From Chloroflexota bacterium (lineage in GTDB: Bacteria; Chloroflexota; Limnocylindria; Limnocylindrales; CSP1-4): DNA of 50,601 bases. Location: contig JARDZW010000002.1 in assembly GCA_029240655.1 (NCBI GenBank), positions 1-50,601 of the forward strand. Direction: 5' to 3'. The notes beneath the pieces were generated by a model. It searched no databases and had not been told where the DNA came from. It saw nothing but the letters and a program-made list of their open reading frames with translations. How positions within the stretch are numbered: the stretch's first letter is position 1; each line of letters opens with the position of its first letter. Made by a program: the position numbers and the translations under genes. Of this stretch, positions 19,400 to 29,266 are shown piece after piece.

Positions 19400-22240
19400 T
19401 CAGCCGCCGAACAGCGGCATCTGTTCGCCGCCGCGTTCGACGAGCGGATCGAGACCGAGCAGCGGCTCGAGCGCATCGAGGTCGGGCTGGTCCGCGGCGA
19501 GGAAGGTCCGCAGGTGATCCCACTTGATGATGTGCCAGCCGTATTCGTCCATGGCCGCCCGCAGGAGGGGCGAGCGTTCGAGCTTGTGCCGGATGAGGTC
19601 GGTTCGTTCCGGGGCGACCGCGAGCAAGCGGACGAGCTTCTCGTCGGCACCGATACGGGGATGGCGCCGAAGCAACGGCTCGCCGAGGATCGCCGTCCAT
19701 TCGACCTCGAACATGAATGCGACCTTGCTGCGCACGTACCAGATGGCATCCACGTCCGCGAGCTCGGGCACCGACCGTGCGATGCCGCCCAGGCCGACGG
19801 TCTGTTCTCGTTCACCGAGGAGATCTGCGAGCATGCCGCGCCCGTGGCGGCGTGCTTGCTCACGCTGCGACAGCCAGACCCGCATCCCCATCCGATGGCC
19901 GGCGTCGGCGAGCATCGCCAGCAATTCGGTGTGCTCCTGGCTGCGCTTGAGCAGGTCATCGCCGGTGATCAACCGGTCGGGGGTGCTGGCCATGCTCCGG
20001 TAGCTGTCCAGGCAGGCGTGGACGAGCGTCTCGTCGGGCAGGTCGTGGCCGCTGAACATCGTCGCCATCCGGTCGTAGAACGCGGTCTCCGACAGCGGTC
20101 CCGCGGTGGAGAGCAGGCTGAAGACGGCCCATTCGACCCGGTCCGCGAGGGGAGCGGCGGCGGCCTCGACATCGTCCTGATCGGCCAGCCACCAGCGGCC
20201 GGGCTCGATCTCGGTGAGGCGGCGATGATTCGGACGCGCCAGCTCATCGCGGATCACGGCGAGGAGGCGGTCCACGGGATCGGGGGCACCGCCGCTTGGG
20301 CGGGCATCGGCAAGGGGGTCCCGCGCGTCGGTCGGGGCGACCGAAGGGTCACCCGCCGGCTGGTCGGGGAGGGGCGTGACCGGTGCCGGCTCGGGAGTCC
20401 CGCCCGGCACTGGGTGGGCGGCCTGCGGCGTGCCGTCGGGGCCCTCGGTCGCGGCGGGGCGGGTGCCCGCGGCCAGGCGGCGGAGCTGGCCCGACCGATC
20501 CAGGCCCACAAGGACCTCGCCGAAGAGCCGTTCCATGCGAGCCGGTTCGCCTCGGGCTCGCAGGGTCTCGACCACCGAGTCGGTGACCGCGTTCGCAGCC
20601 TCGGCCGGCGAGAACGGACGCTGGTCGAACCGTTCGGGCGGGGCGAACAACCCGCGCCCCGGGACCATGTCGGGGTCGCCGGCCCCTCCCGGGATCGCGG
20701 GCAACCCGACGTTGCCTCTCGTGCGTGGTCCCGGAGGCAGGGCCGCGCCGGGCGGCACGAGCTCGATCACCCCGGCGCCGGCATCGTCGGGATCCGAGAG
20801 CCGCGCGACCGTCACGCGGTAGCCGGCCGAGGCTCCGCCGATCGCCACCGCAGCCAGGGCCTCCATCCCGCCATCGACGAGCTGGACCACGCGGCCGTCG
20901 CGTGCCATCGAGGGCTCGACCGCCGCCAGGGACCGGCCGATCGCGACCGCCTGCCACGACCACGGCGCTCGCAACGACGTGTCGGCCAGCGCATCGATGG
21001 GCAGCATCGCCGCGGCCTCGCGTCCCAAGGTCCACGCGGTTCCGTGATACGCCGCGGCCAGCCGCTCGAGGCTGGGTCGGATCGGCGGCTGACCCAGGAC
21101 GAGGCGGACGCGCGGCGCTGCTGCGCCGGCCCGATCGCTGAGGGCCAGGCTCCCGTCGCTCAGCGCACGCACCGCCGACGGGCTGGCGATCGCGAGAACG
21201 GCGGTGGCCGATCCCTCCCCGAGCGAGCGCAGGTCTTCGCCGAGGCGCGCCTGCATGGGTCCGAGCGCCCCGCCCTCGAGGCGCTGGACGAACCCGCGCA
21301 CCGCACGGAAGGCATCCTCGAACGCGAGCCACGGGTTGCGCTCGCGCCATTGCGTGGCTGCCGGGAGCCGGACGTGACCGCCGGCAACGCGCAGGGACCC
21401 GCCCCGGCCGGCCGCGCCAACGAGCCGGCTGGATGGCAGCAGTGCGTGCAGAAGCGAGAGACGCAGCGCCGCAAGCACGTTGGCTGCCCGCAGGTCGGTC
21501 TCGATCCGCTCCATGATCGCGGTCAGCGCGATGAGCTGGCGAGGCGTGTGCAGCTCGAGCAGCTCGTCAACGAGCGTCGGGGCGCCCTCGACCGCCGGGA
21601 ACCGCTCGATCGCCCAGGCACGCGCCGCATCGAGGTCGGCGTCGGCCAGCGAGCGCGCCACGTCGTCGGCTTCGAGGGGTGCCTGCCGTTGCTCGGAGCC
21701 GCCTCGCTGGTCGCGGCAGACCGTACAGCGGTAGTGCCGGATGACGGCCTGCGCCGGCCCATCCTCCTCGGCGGACCAGGTGAACTCGTCGGCGACGAGC
21801 ATCCGCCCGCAGGTCGCACAACGGGTCGCGAACAGGTCGCCGATCGACACCTTGAGGCTCGTCTCCCGCCGGGGCGACGCGGACATGCCCTGGAACGCGG
21901 CGTCGAGGTGGCGCACGTCCGGCGGACGAAGCACGACTTCCGCGAGCATCCGGGTCAGCGGTGTCGATTCGATGGAGACGGCGCGGCGCTGACGGTCCAG
22001 CGCGGCGCGAGCCACCCAGCCGCCCCGTCCCGCGAGGTCGACGACGATGTCGCCGGGGCCCGTGTGCGCCTCGATCCGGGCGGCCAGCAAGGTCGCCGAC
22101 GGGGCAGGCGCGAGCCGCTCGAAAGCGGGCAGCGAGTAGCCCGCCTCGGCGCGCGTGGAGGCGACACGGCTGGTCATGCTGCTGACGATGCTAGCCCACG
22201 GCTGCCAGCCGCGGCCACGGCGGGTCGACAGCGCGAGCAC
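19400..22240 (-). CDS. Large orphan protein: degenerate methyltransferase-like N-half with a Zn ribbon, a Pro/Ala/Gly-rich linker, and a C-terminal nuclease-like core
   Basis: 946 aa from the GTG at 22240, or 925 aa from the ATG at 22177. It shows DIVVDLAGRGGWVARAA...AVSIE (motif-I-like), CATC...x27...CTVC (Zn ribbon), LVLGQPPIRP where DPPY-type methylases carry motif IV, a ~140-aa P/A/G-rich linker, and a C-terminal DVDAIWYVRSKVAFMFEVEWT. Confidence 0.7.
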   Translation of the reverse strand: MLALSTRRGRGWQPWASIVSSMTSRVASTRAEAGYSLPAFERLAPAPSATLLAARIEAHTGPGDIVVDLAGRGGWVARAALDRQRRAVSIESTPLTRMLAEVVLRPPDVRHLDAAFQGMSASPRRETSLKVSIGDLFATRCATCGRMLVADEFTWSAEEDGPAQAVIRHYRCTVCRDQRGGSEQRQAPLEADDVARSLADADLDAARAWAIERFPAVEGAPTLVDELLELHTPRQLIALTAIMERIETDLRAANVLAALRLSLLHALLPSSRLVGAAGRGGSLRVAGGHVRLPAATQWRERNPWLAFEDAFRAVRGFVQRLEGGALGPMQARLGEDLRSLGEGSATAVLAIASPSAVRALSDGSLALSDRAGAAAPRVRLVLGQPPIRPSLERLAAAYHGTAWTLGREAAAMLPIDALADTSLRAPWSWQAVAIGRSLAAVEPSMARDGRVVQLVDGGMEALAAVAIGGASAGYRVTVARLSDPDDAGAGVIELVPPGAALPPGPRTRGNVGLPAIPGGAGDPDMVPGRGLFAPPERFDQRPFSPAEAANAVTDSVVETLRARGEPARMERLFGEVLVGLDRSGQLRRLAAGTRPAATEGPDGTPQAAHPVPGGTPEPAPVTPLPDQPAGDPSVAPTDARDPLADARPSGGAPDPVDRLLAVIRDELARPNHRRLTEIEPGRWWLADQDDVEAAAAPLADRVEWAVFSLLSTAGPLSETAFYDRMATMFSGHDLPDETLVHACLDSYRSMASTPDRLITGDDLLKRSQEHTELLAMLADAGHRMGMRVWLSQREQARRHGRGMLADLLGEREQTVGLGGIARSVPELADVDAIWYVRSKVAFMFEVEWTAILGEPLLRRHPRIGADEKLVRLLAVAPERTDLIRHKLERSPLLRAAMDEYGWHIIKWDHLRTFLAADQPDLDALEPLLGLDPLVERGGEQMPLFGG

Positions 22241-22251
22241 GCGCTCGTAGT

Positions 22252-23127
22252 GTGGCGACCGACATGACGACCGCCCCGGGCCCCGATCTGGACAAGGCTC
22301 GAGACCTCATCGAGGGCGCGCTCGGCGACCTGCTCGTGGTCGGCGACGACGCGCTCGAGGCGCCATGGACCTGGCCGGGCCACGGGGAGCTGGATCGGCG
22401 TTCCGGGGTCTTCCGGATCACCGAGGACCTGGACGCAGTCACGGCCGCGTTCGCCGCCCGCGGCGTCGCTCGCCCCGCCGCCCAGGCGATCGTCGCGCCG
22501 GCCACCATCGCACGCTGGGAGCTGATCGGCCTGTTGGCGCCGCTGGCCGAGGTGGATCTCGACGCCGATCCGGGTGGTGGGGAGTGGACGATCCGTCAGA
22601 CGGTCGCGCACATCATCGCGAGCCAGCACTCCTATGGCGTGTATACGGCCTGGTGGCGCGACCAGGCGATCGGGACCAGCGACGAGCGGCTGCCGTTCCC
22701 GCCGGAAGGCATCGACGATCCCGCGTGGGACGAGGCGATCGCCGCGGACGGATCGATGGACCAGATCCGGAGCCGGCTCCACCTCGCGCTCGAGGAGGCG
22801 GCCATGCGGCTGTCGGACCTCTCGAGCGAGAATCTGGCGCTCGCCGCCCGCTGGTCTGGCCTGCCCGTCACCATCGGCTTCCGCCAAGGACGGTGGGCCT
22901 CGCACATCACCGAGCACACCGTGCAGGTCGACAAGACGCTCGTGTGGCTGGGCCGCCAGCCATCCGAGGTCGAACGCCTGGTCCGGCTCGTCGCGGCCGC
23001 ATGGGGCCGGCTCGAGGCCAGCGTATGGCCCCGACCCCAGGACGCGAGTGCGATCGGCGTGGTGCTGGATGCGGCCCAGAACGCGGCCGCGACGGCGGCG
23101 TCGGTCCGGGCGGCGCGTTCCGCCTGA
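22252..23127 (+). CDS. DinB-fold (DinB_2-like) metal-dependent protein
   Basis: 291 aa. WTIRQTVAHII and ASHITEHTVQV provide the spaced His residues typical of the DinB four-helix bundle. GTG at 22252, alternative ATG at 22264. Confidence 0.7.
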   Translation: MATDMTTAPGPDLDKARDLIEGALGDLLVVGDDALEAPWTWPGHGELDRRSGVFRITEDLDAVTAAFAARGVARPAAQAIVAPATIARWELIGLLAPLAEVDLDADPGGGEWTIRQTVAHIIASQHSYGVYTAWWRDQAIGTSDERLPFPPEGIDDPAWDEAIAADGSMDQIRSRLHLALEEAAMRLSDLSSENLALAARWSGLPVTIGFRQGRWASHITEHTVQVDKTLVWLGRQPSEVERLVRLVAAAWGRLEASVWPRPQDASAIGVVLDAAQNAAATAASVRAARSA

Positions 23128-23131
23128 CGGC

Positions 23132-23992
23132 TTACGGCTCGTCGAGCTCGTCGGGCTCTTCCTCGAACGCTTCCTCGGTCGTCGACTCCGGCGGCAGGAC
23201 ACGGTCGAGATCCTCGATCTCCTCGTCCTCCTCGTCGTCCTCGAGGTCCTCCTCGAGCTCCATCTCCTCGCGCACGAGGGTGCCCTTGGTGTAGGGGCGC
23301 AGGTCGGTCGACTTGGCCGCCGTCGGGAAGCTGACCTTCCCGTAGTTGCTCGGGTCCTGGAAGATCTCGCGGATGATCAGGCGCACGTCCTTGTCGCCGA
23401 GGCTCGTGACGCCGGCCGAGTACTTGTTGCCGTCCGCCATGAGCTTGAGCAGGCGGGCCGCGACCCGCGGCTCGACGACGCCGATGCGCATGCCGTTGCT
23501 GAACGCGATCAACCGGTTCTTCTCGGGAGTGAGCTCGACAGCGTCGCCGGGATTGACCTGCGCCAGCTCCTTGGGGGTGGCGAGGTCGGTCAGGAACGCG
23601 AATCCGGTCTTGCCGGTCTCCTCCACGAAGATCGAGACCGGGGCCTTGCTGCCCTCCTGCGCCGGGACCGTTTTCTCGCCAGCGGCGTTCAGGAGCACCT
23701 TGAGCCGATCGATGTTGCGCTCGGCGATGCGGTTCGTCGGATCGAGGGCGAGGGCCGTCTGATAGTGCTCGCGCGCTTCGCCGAGCATGCCGAGCTCCCA
23801 AAGCGACTTGGCGAGGCGGTTCTCAGCCTCGGCATCCGGGCCGAGCTCCAGGAGCCGGCGGTTGGTCGCGGCCGCCTCGGTCCAGTCGGAGGCGGATGCC
23901 TGGGCGATGGCCTGCTCGGCCAGCTGGCGCTTCTGGCGCGTGAGGTTGACCGGACTCTGGGCGTTGGTCTCGACTTCGGGGGGGAAGGTCAC
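23132..23992 (-). CDS. TPR-repeat protein with an unknown central domain and a poly-acidic C-terminal tail
   Basis: 286 aa. The TPR-like helices are WTEAAATNRRLLELGPDAEAENRLAKSLWELGMLGEAREHYQTALALDPTN. The tail is EEMELEEDLEDDEEDEEIEDLD...EEEPDELDEP. Confidence 0.65.
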   Translation of the reverse strand: MTFPPEVETNAQSPVNLTRQKRQLAEQAIAQASASDWTEAAATNRRLLELGPDAEAENRLAKSLWELGMLGEAREHYQTALALDPTNRIAERNIDRLKVLLNAAGEKTVPAQEGSKAPVSIFVEETGKTGFAFLTDLATPKELAQVNPGDAVELTPEKNRLIAFSNGMRIGVVEPRVAARLLKLMADGNKYSAGVTSLGDKDVRLIIREIFQDPSNYGKVSFPTAAKSTDLRPYTKGTLVREEMELEEDLEDDEEDEEIEDLDRVLPPESTTEEAFEEEPDELDEP

Positions 23993-24249
23993 GGGCGGGT
24001 CGTCCTTTCGGGCGCGAACTCATCGGGCGGCTCGCGGGTGCATCGTGTCTGGTCGGCGTGGCGCGGCGCATCACGGCACGGTCGTCGGATCGGGTCGCGC
24101 GACCGTTTCGCGGGTCGCTGCGCGGCCTTGCTTTCTAGCACCGGTGGGCCGTCGCGTCAAACGACGGGCGGGGCGTACCCTGCGATCCGAGTCGTCGGTA
24201 ACGGATCCGGCGGCCGCGCGTCCCATCCTCGAACGACCCCATCGGAAAG

Positions 24250-25245
24250 GTGGCCTTTGTGTCACGTGGTCGGGCACTGCTGCTCGTGATCTTGATCGCC
24301 GTCCCGCTCGCCGCCTATGGCGCGGCCAGTGCGGTCGTCTGGGACAAGCTCACCAGCGTGGCGACCGAGTGTGGAGGCCGCTGGGCCCAGAACACGCCGG
24401 AGGCGTTCGAGGCCCCGGCCGAGTACGCCCTGGACACCAGCCCGTGGGCGATGCCCCCTCCCGAGGAGGTGCGCATCCCGAGCCGCGACCCCGGGATCGA
24501 GATCGCCGGCTGGTGGCTGCCCGCCGCCTCTGCCGACGGCGGAGCACCCGCGCCCGCCGTGGTCGTCGTGCATGGGTTCACCGCCTGTCGCCACGACCAC
24601 GCGGTCCTCCTGCCGGCCGGGATGTTGCACCGCAACGGGTTCTCCGTCCTGCTCATCGACCTGCGCGACCACGGCGCTTCCACGCGGGAGGACGGCCGTT
24701 TCGCGGGTGGCACGGACGAATACCGCGACGTCCTGGGCGCCTGGGACTGGCTGCGCACCGAACAGGGGCTACCGGCCCGCTCGATCGGGCTGGTCGGCAT
24801 CTCCCTGGGTGCGGCGACCGTGCTCCTCGCCACCGGCCAGGAGCCGGCTGTGGCGGCCGTCTGGGAGGATTCGAGCTATGCGGACCTCGGGACCGCGATC
24901 GATGCCGAGCTCAGTAGAGAGGGATACCCGACGTTCCTGGCTCCGGGCGGCGTCCTGATGGCGCGCCTCATCTCCGGCGACGACCTCGTGTCGTACAGCC
25001 CGCTCGACGCGGTCGGAGCACTCGGTGGCCGCCCGCTGTTCATCACCCACGGCACGAACGATGAGCGCTTGAGCGTGGCGTATGGCCACGCGCTCGAGGA
25101 GGCGGTCCTGACTGCTGGGGGAAACGTCGAGAGCTGGTACGTGGAGGGCGCCAGGCACACCGAATCGATGCTCACGGATCCCTCCGGCTACGAGCAGCGG
25201 CTCGTCGGGTTCTTCGGGAGGACCCTGGCTACCCCCGCGCCATGA
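24250..25245 (+). CDS. Membrane-anchored alpha/beta hydrolase (dienelactone hydrolase / S9-like)
   Basis: It has an N-terminal TM helix (LLLVILIAVPLAAYGAA), VVVHGFTACRHD, the nucleophile elbow GISLGAA, THGTNDE and GARHTE. Confidence 0.8.
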   Translation: MAFVSRGRALLLVILIAVPLAAYGAASAVVWDKLTSVATECGGRWAQNTPEAFEAPAEYALDTSPWAMPPPEEVRIPSRDPGIEIAGWWLPAASADGGAPAPAVVVVHGFTACRHDHAVLLPAGMLHRNGFSVLLIDLRDHGASTREDGRFAGGTDEYRDVLGAWDWLRTEQGLPARSIGLVGISLGAATVLLATGQEPAVAAVWEDSSYADLGTAIDAELSREGYPTFLAPGGVLMARLISGDDLVSYSPLDAVGALGGRPLFITHGTNDERLSVAYGHALEEAVLTAGGNVESWYVEGARHTESMLTDPSGYEQRLVGFFGRTLATPAP

Positions 25246-26083
25246 GGTTGAGGACGATGACCACGACGCCGAGCACTCCAAGGAGCGCGATCTGCCACAG
25301 CCAGCGCGGATCGCGGCGATGCGCCGGCGCGGCCCCGTGGAACGCGTCCCACAGGTAGAACACCAGGGTCAGCAATGCGGGGCCGAGCAGGCGGGGGATC
25401 TCCATGAACCGCACGGCGGCCGCGCCGATGGCGATGGCCGCCGCGTAGGTCGCCGCCGACAGCAGCGCGTCCCGCGCATTCGACACCCGCAGCGCCACGG
25501 CCCGGTATCCGAGCAGGAACGCGATGATCGCATCGCCCGCCACGAGGACCAGCAGGTCCGTTTCCGGCAACGGCGCGGCGCCGCCTCCTCCCGCGGGCGC
25601 AGGCTGCACCAGGCCACCCGGGATCATCGCCGCGACACCGACGAACCCGAGGAACGCGACGACCAGCGTCGTGACCAGGACGGCCGTGCGTGCTTCCGCG
25701 TCCACGCCCGACGGGGACGCCAGGATGCGCGCCTCGAGGGCGAGGCAGCGGTCCACGAGGAGCCCGGTGATGAGCAGGGCCGGCGCCAGGCCAAGGCCGA
25801 ACGGCACGAGCCGGATGGCTCCGACACAGGCGGCCGCGGCCACCGCGGGGAGGATCAGCGACTCCACGGGCACGCCGAGACCCGGGCCTTCGACCCTGGC
25901 TCGCTCATCGCCGAGGACCTGCAGGGTGCCGAGGAGGATCGCCCCGAGCAGGAAGATGGCGGCCAGCCAGATGCCCGGAGGCTCGATCAGCCGCGACAGA
26001 CCCACGACCGTGACTGCCGCGAGCGCGAGATCGTGCCGCCCGGCTACGTCATCGCCGCGTGCGGAGATGGCACGCCCGCTCAC
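25229..26083 (-). CDS. Polytopic membrane protein of unknown function, start overlapping the polX stop
   Basis: The GTG at 26083-26081 overlaps the polX TGA at 26082-26080 (GTGA). There are about 8 hydrophobic helices. The longer ORF (to 26248) would overlap polX by 170 nt. The 3' end overlaps the convergent hydrolase gene by 17 nt. Confidence 0.6.
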   Translation of the reverse strand: MSGRAISARGDDVAGRHDLALAAVTVVGLSRLIEPPGIWLAAIFLLGAILLGTLQVLGDERARVEGPGLGVPVESLILPAVAAAACVGAIRLVPFGLGLAPALLITGLLVDRCLALEARILASPSGVDAEARTAVLVTTLVVAFLGFVGVAAMIPGGLVQPAPAGGGGAAPLPETDLLVLVAGDAIIAFLLGYRAVALRVSNARDALLSAATYAAAIAIGAAAVRFMEIPRLLGPALLTLVFYLWDAFHGAAPAHRRDPRWLWQIALLGVLGVVVIVLNLMARG

Positions 26084-27969
26084 ACGCGCCCCGGCTTTCC
26101 GGCGACCCAGTCCAGGAGATCGGCCCGCGAGCGCGTGTTCAACACGTGGCGCGGCTCCACCCAGGCCCTCCGCGCCTGGCTGATCCCCCAGCGCAGGTGC
26201 TCGAATTCGCCGGTCTTGTGGGCATCCGAGTCGATCGAGAGCGTGCAACCGACCTGGACCGCCCGTCGCGCCCGCTCGACCGCGAGGTCAAGCCGATGCG
26301 GCGAGCCGTTCATCTCGAGGACGGTCCCCGTCCGCGCGGCTTCGGCATATACGGCGTCCCAGTCGAGGTCGAGGTCGTCGCGCGTCCCGATCATCCGCCC
26401 CGACGGATGGGCGATGACGTCGACGTGCGGGCTCCGGATGCCGTTGAGCGTCCGCCGCGTCAGGTCCGCCTTCGATTGCCGACGTGCCACGTGCACGGAC
26501 GCCACGACCAGGTCGAACCGGGCGAGCAGCTCGTCGGGATAGTCGAGCTCGCCATCGGCCCGGATCTCGAGCTCGCAACCGTGCAGCAGCCGGAACCCTT
26601 CCGGCGGCGTCTCGGGGGGCGCCGTTCCGGCCGATTCCTCGGCCGCGTAGCGGGCATTGAGCTCCGCGATGATCGCCCGCTGCTGCTCCACGCGGTCGGG
26701 CGTGAGGCCGCGGGCGATCGCGAGCGACTGGGAGTGGTCCGTCAGCACCTGGTAGGCCTGGCCGCGGCGACGGGCGAACTCGGCCATGACCTCGATCGAG
26801 TGGGTCCCGTCGGACCAGTCGGAGTGGCTGTGCAGGTCGCCGCGCAGGTCGGGGAGGTCGATCAGCTGAGGCAGGGTGCCGGCGAGGGCTGCCTCGATCT
26901 CGCCGCGATCCTCGCGCAGCTCGGGCTCGATGAAGGGAAGGCCGAGGAAGGCGTACGCCTCGGCTTCCGTGGCGAAGGTCCGGAGCTCCGCAGCCGCGCC
27001 AGTGACGGGCTCACCGTCCTCGCCGATGCGCTGGAAGCCCTTCTCGGACAGGCTCCAACCCTGATCGCGGGCGCGTTCGCGGAGCCGGACGTTGTGCTCC
27101 TTGGAGCCCGTGAAGTGGACGCGGTACGTGCCGGCGGTACCCCGGGGCATGACCATCAGGTCGGCCTGCGGGCCGCGGAGCAGGCGGACCGCGGCCTTGT
27201 AGCCGCCCTTGTTCACGACGTGGTCCACCACGCCGAGTGTCGTGAAGCGTTCGATCAGGCGCGGGCCGTCATCCGTTTCGGCCAACAGGTCGAGATCGCC
27301 GATGCTCTCGCGGCGACGTCGGAAGGAGCCCGCCGGCTCGATGGAGTGGACCCCGGGTGTGTCCGTCAGCGCCTCCATGAGCCCCAGCAGCGTCACCTCG
27401 GCACGGTGGAGGAGCATCCGCTTGGGTGCGGACTCGAGGCGGTCGATGCCCTCGAGGATGAGCTGCTCGGTCTTCGCCGACAGTCCGCGCAGGGAGCGTA
27501 GTTCCCCCGCCTCGGCGGCCTTGCGCAGGTCCTCCATCGTCTCGATGCCGAGCTCGGCGTGGATCTGCCGCACGCTGCGCGGGCCGAGTCCGGGGATCCG
27601 TAACAGCTCGACGAGGCTCGGCGGGATCTCCTCGCACAAGCGCTCGTAGAAGGCCATCCGGCCGGTCGTGGCGAGTTCCTTGATCTTGTCGCTGATGGCC
27701 GCGCCGACACCCGGTACCTTGGGGGCCTCGCCATTGCGATAGGCCTCGACGAGGTCCACCGGGCTGCGACCGATCGCATCGGCTGCACGGTGATAGGCGA
27801 CGGTCTTGAAGACGAGCTCGCCCTTGACCTCGAGCATGTCGCCGATGTCGTGGAAGATGCGGGCGAGATCGCCGTTGGTGAGCTCGCCCGGGCCGTCGTC
27901 CCCATCGGCCGGGTCATGGGCGTCGTCGTCGAGGTCGGGGGCCGATCCGAGGCCCGAGTCGTCGGTCAC
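26080..27969 (-). CDS. polX: Family X DNA polymerase with a C-terminal PHP domain (PolX)
   Basis: It shows HhH elements (VPGVGAAISDKI, IPGLGPRSVRQI), the nucleotidyltransferase motif GSFRRRRESIGDLDLL, and the PHP metal ligands DLHSHSDWSDG, TDHS, ASVH, IAHP and SIDSDAH. Confidence 0.9.
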   Translation of the reverse strand: MTDDSGLGSAPDLDDDAHDPADGDDGPGELTNGDLARIFHDIGDMLEVKGELVFKTVAYHRAADAIGRSPVDLVEAYRNGEAPKVPGVGAAISDKIKELATTGRMAFYERLCEEIPPSLVELLRIPGLGPRSVRQIHAELGIETMEDLRKAAEAGELRSLRGLSAKTEQLILEGIDRLESAPKRMLLHRAEVTLLGLMEALTDTPGVHSIEPAGSFRRRRESIGDLDLLAETDDGPRLIERFTTLGVVDHVVNKGGYKAAVRLLRGPQADLMVMPRGTAGTYRVHFTGSKEHNVRLRERARDQGWSLSEKGFQRIGEDGEPVTGAAAELRTFATEAEAYAFLGLPFIEPELREDRGEIEAALAGTLPQLIDLPDLRGDLHSHSDWSDGTHSIEVMAEFARRRGQAYQVLTDHSQSLAIARGLTPDRVEQQRAIIAELNARYAAEESAGTAPPETPPEGFRLLHGCELEIRADGELDYPDELLARFDLVVASVHVARRQSKADLTRRTLNGIRSPHVDVIAHPSGRMIGTRDDLDLDWDAVYAEAARTGTVLEMNGSPHRLDLAVERARRAVQVGCTLSIDSDAHKTGEFEHLRWGISQARRAWVEPRHVLNTRSRADLLDWVAGKPGRV

Positions 27970-27987
27970 GAACGCGATGGTAGACGG

Positions 27988-29193
27988 TCAGGCGGCGACG
28001 ACCCGGTCCCGACCCCCACGCTTCGCCCGGTACAGGGCCTGGTCCGCGGTCTCGATGAGTGCCTCGATCGGCTCGTCCGGTCCGTCCGCGACAGCGACGC
28101 CGACCGACACGCTGACCGTCGCCACCCCGAGCCGTCCGAGGTCCAGGCCGCGGACCGCCGCGCGGATCCGTTCGCCGACTTCGATCGCCACACCCGGATC
28201 GGGGTTCCGCAGCAGGACCACGAACTCCTCCCCGCCGAAGCGCGCCGGGACGTCGTCTTCGCGGACGGCCGACACGATGGCGCTCGCGACCGCCCGCAGC
28301 ACCTCGTCGCCGGTCGCATGCCCGTGGGTGTCGTTGAGGACCTTGAACTTGTCGATGTCGACCATGAGGATCCCCACGGCGTCCCCGGCTCGCCGCCGTT
28401 TCGCGAGCAGCGACACGAATTCCTCGAAATAGCGGCGGTTCGGCAGCCCGGTCAGGGCATCGGTCGAGGCCTGCGCCTCCGCGGCACGGTGCGAGTATGC
28501 GCGGGCAAGAGCGGCCGATGCCTCGGCAGCTGCGGCTGACAGGAGGCGCCGCGTGGCATCGGTCCAGCGTCCCCCGATCCGTCGGGACAGGACGATCGCG
28601 CCTACGACCTCGTCGTCCGCGGTCAGCGGCTCGGCCAGGGCATGGGTCAGTCCGTAGACGTCTCGGACCCGGCGGGCGATCCGCTCCACGGCCTCTGCCG
28701 GTCGCGGCGGGCGCCCACCGTCGATCGGGTCGTCGAGATCGCCGGCGGGGAGCAGGGTGGTGTGGTGGGGAACGCCGGGGTGCGAGCTGACGAGTCGAGC
28801 CTCCACGACGCTCGTGCCGCGTCGTCGGCGCACGACCACGATGTGGTCGGCTCGCGTCGCCTCACCGAGCTCCTCCACGATCGCGTCGACGATCGCATCG
28901 GGCGACACCGAACGCGACAGCCCGGACAGGATGCGGGCGAACGATTCGGTTTCGGAGCGGCTGCGCGCGTCCAGGCCCTGGACGGCCGAGACGTGCAGCA
29001 GGGCGGCGATGCCGGCCACGACGACGGCCACCAGGAGGAACCAATCGATCGGACCCGCTTCGCCGCTGAAGGCGCGTGCGATCGCGACAAGGGCGACCAG
29101 GAGGAAGGCGCCGGAGAAGAGCCACCAGGACCGGCGGATCCGTCGATCCGACGGATCAACGGGACGAGCGGGCCGCAGGGTTGGTTGGGTCAC
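27988..29193 (-). CDS. Membrane-anchored GAF-GGDEF diguanylate cyclase
   Basis: It has two N-terminal TM helices and a GAF-like region. The catalytic block is LTGLPNRRYF...DIDKFKVLNDTHGHATGD...REDDVPARFGGEEF, an active-site GGEEF with an RxxD I-site 5 residues upstream. GTG start at 29193. Confidence 0.85.
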   Translation of the reverse strand: MTQPTLRPARPVDPSDRRIRRSWWLFSGAFLLVALVAIARAFSGEAGPIDWFLLVAVVVAGIAALLHVSAVQGLDARSRSETESFARILSGLSRSVSPDAIVDAIVEELGEATRADHIVVVRRRRGTSVVEARLVSSHPGVPHHTTLLPAGDLDDPIDGGRPPRPAEAVERIARRVRDVYGLTHALAEPLTADDEVVGAIVLSRRIGGRWTDATRRLLSAAAAEASAALARAYSHRAAEAQASTDALTGLPNRRYFEEFVSLLAKRRRAGDAVGILMVDIDKFKVLNDTHGHATGDEVLRAVASAIVSAVREDDVPARFGGEEFVVLLRNPDPGVAIEVGERIRAAVRGLDLGRLGVATVSVSVGVAVADGPDEPIEALIETADQALYRAKRGGRDRVVAA

Positions 29194-29205
29194 CTCGGAA
29201 ATAGA

Positions 29206-29266
29206 GGATGGCGGTCCGGGGCCTTCGCGTCCAGTACCGCTACATGGTACGGATGGCGGTCCGGGG
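29206..29266. repeat. Exact 16-nt direct repeat flanking a GTACC-N7-GGTAC palindrome, in the leader of the GGDEF gene at 27988-29193
   Basis: GGATGGCGGTCCGGGG occurs at 29206-29221 and again at 29251-29266, 45 nt apart, within an 86-nt intergenic region. GTACC (29234-29238) and GGTAC (29246-29250) lie between the two copies. Confidence 0.6.

Noticed and set aside
23140-23290. Repetitive GAG/GAC/CTC-rich tract that looks like a tandem repeat.
   Set aside because: It is the coding sequence for the poly-acidic C-terminal tail of the TPR protein (EEMELEEDLEDDEEDEEIEDLD). It is coding low complexity and not a structured DNA repeat or CRISPR array.
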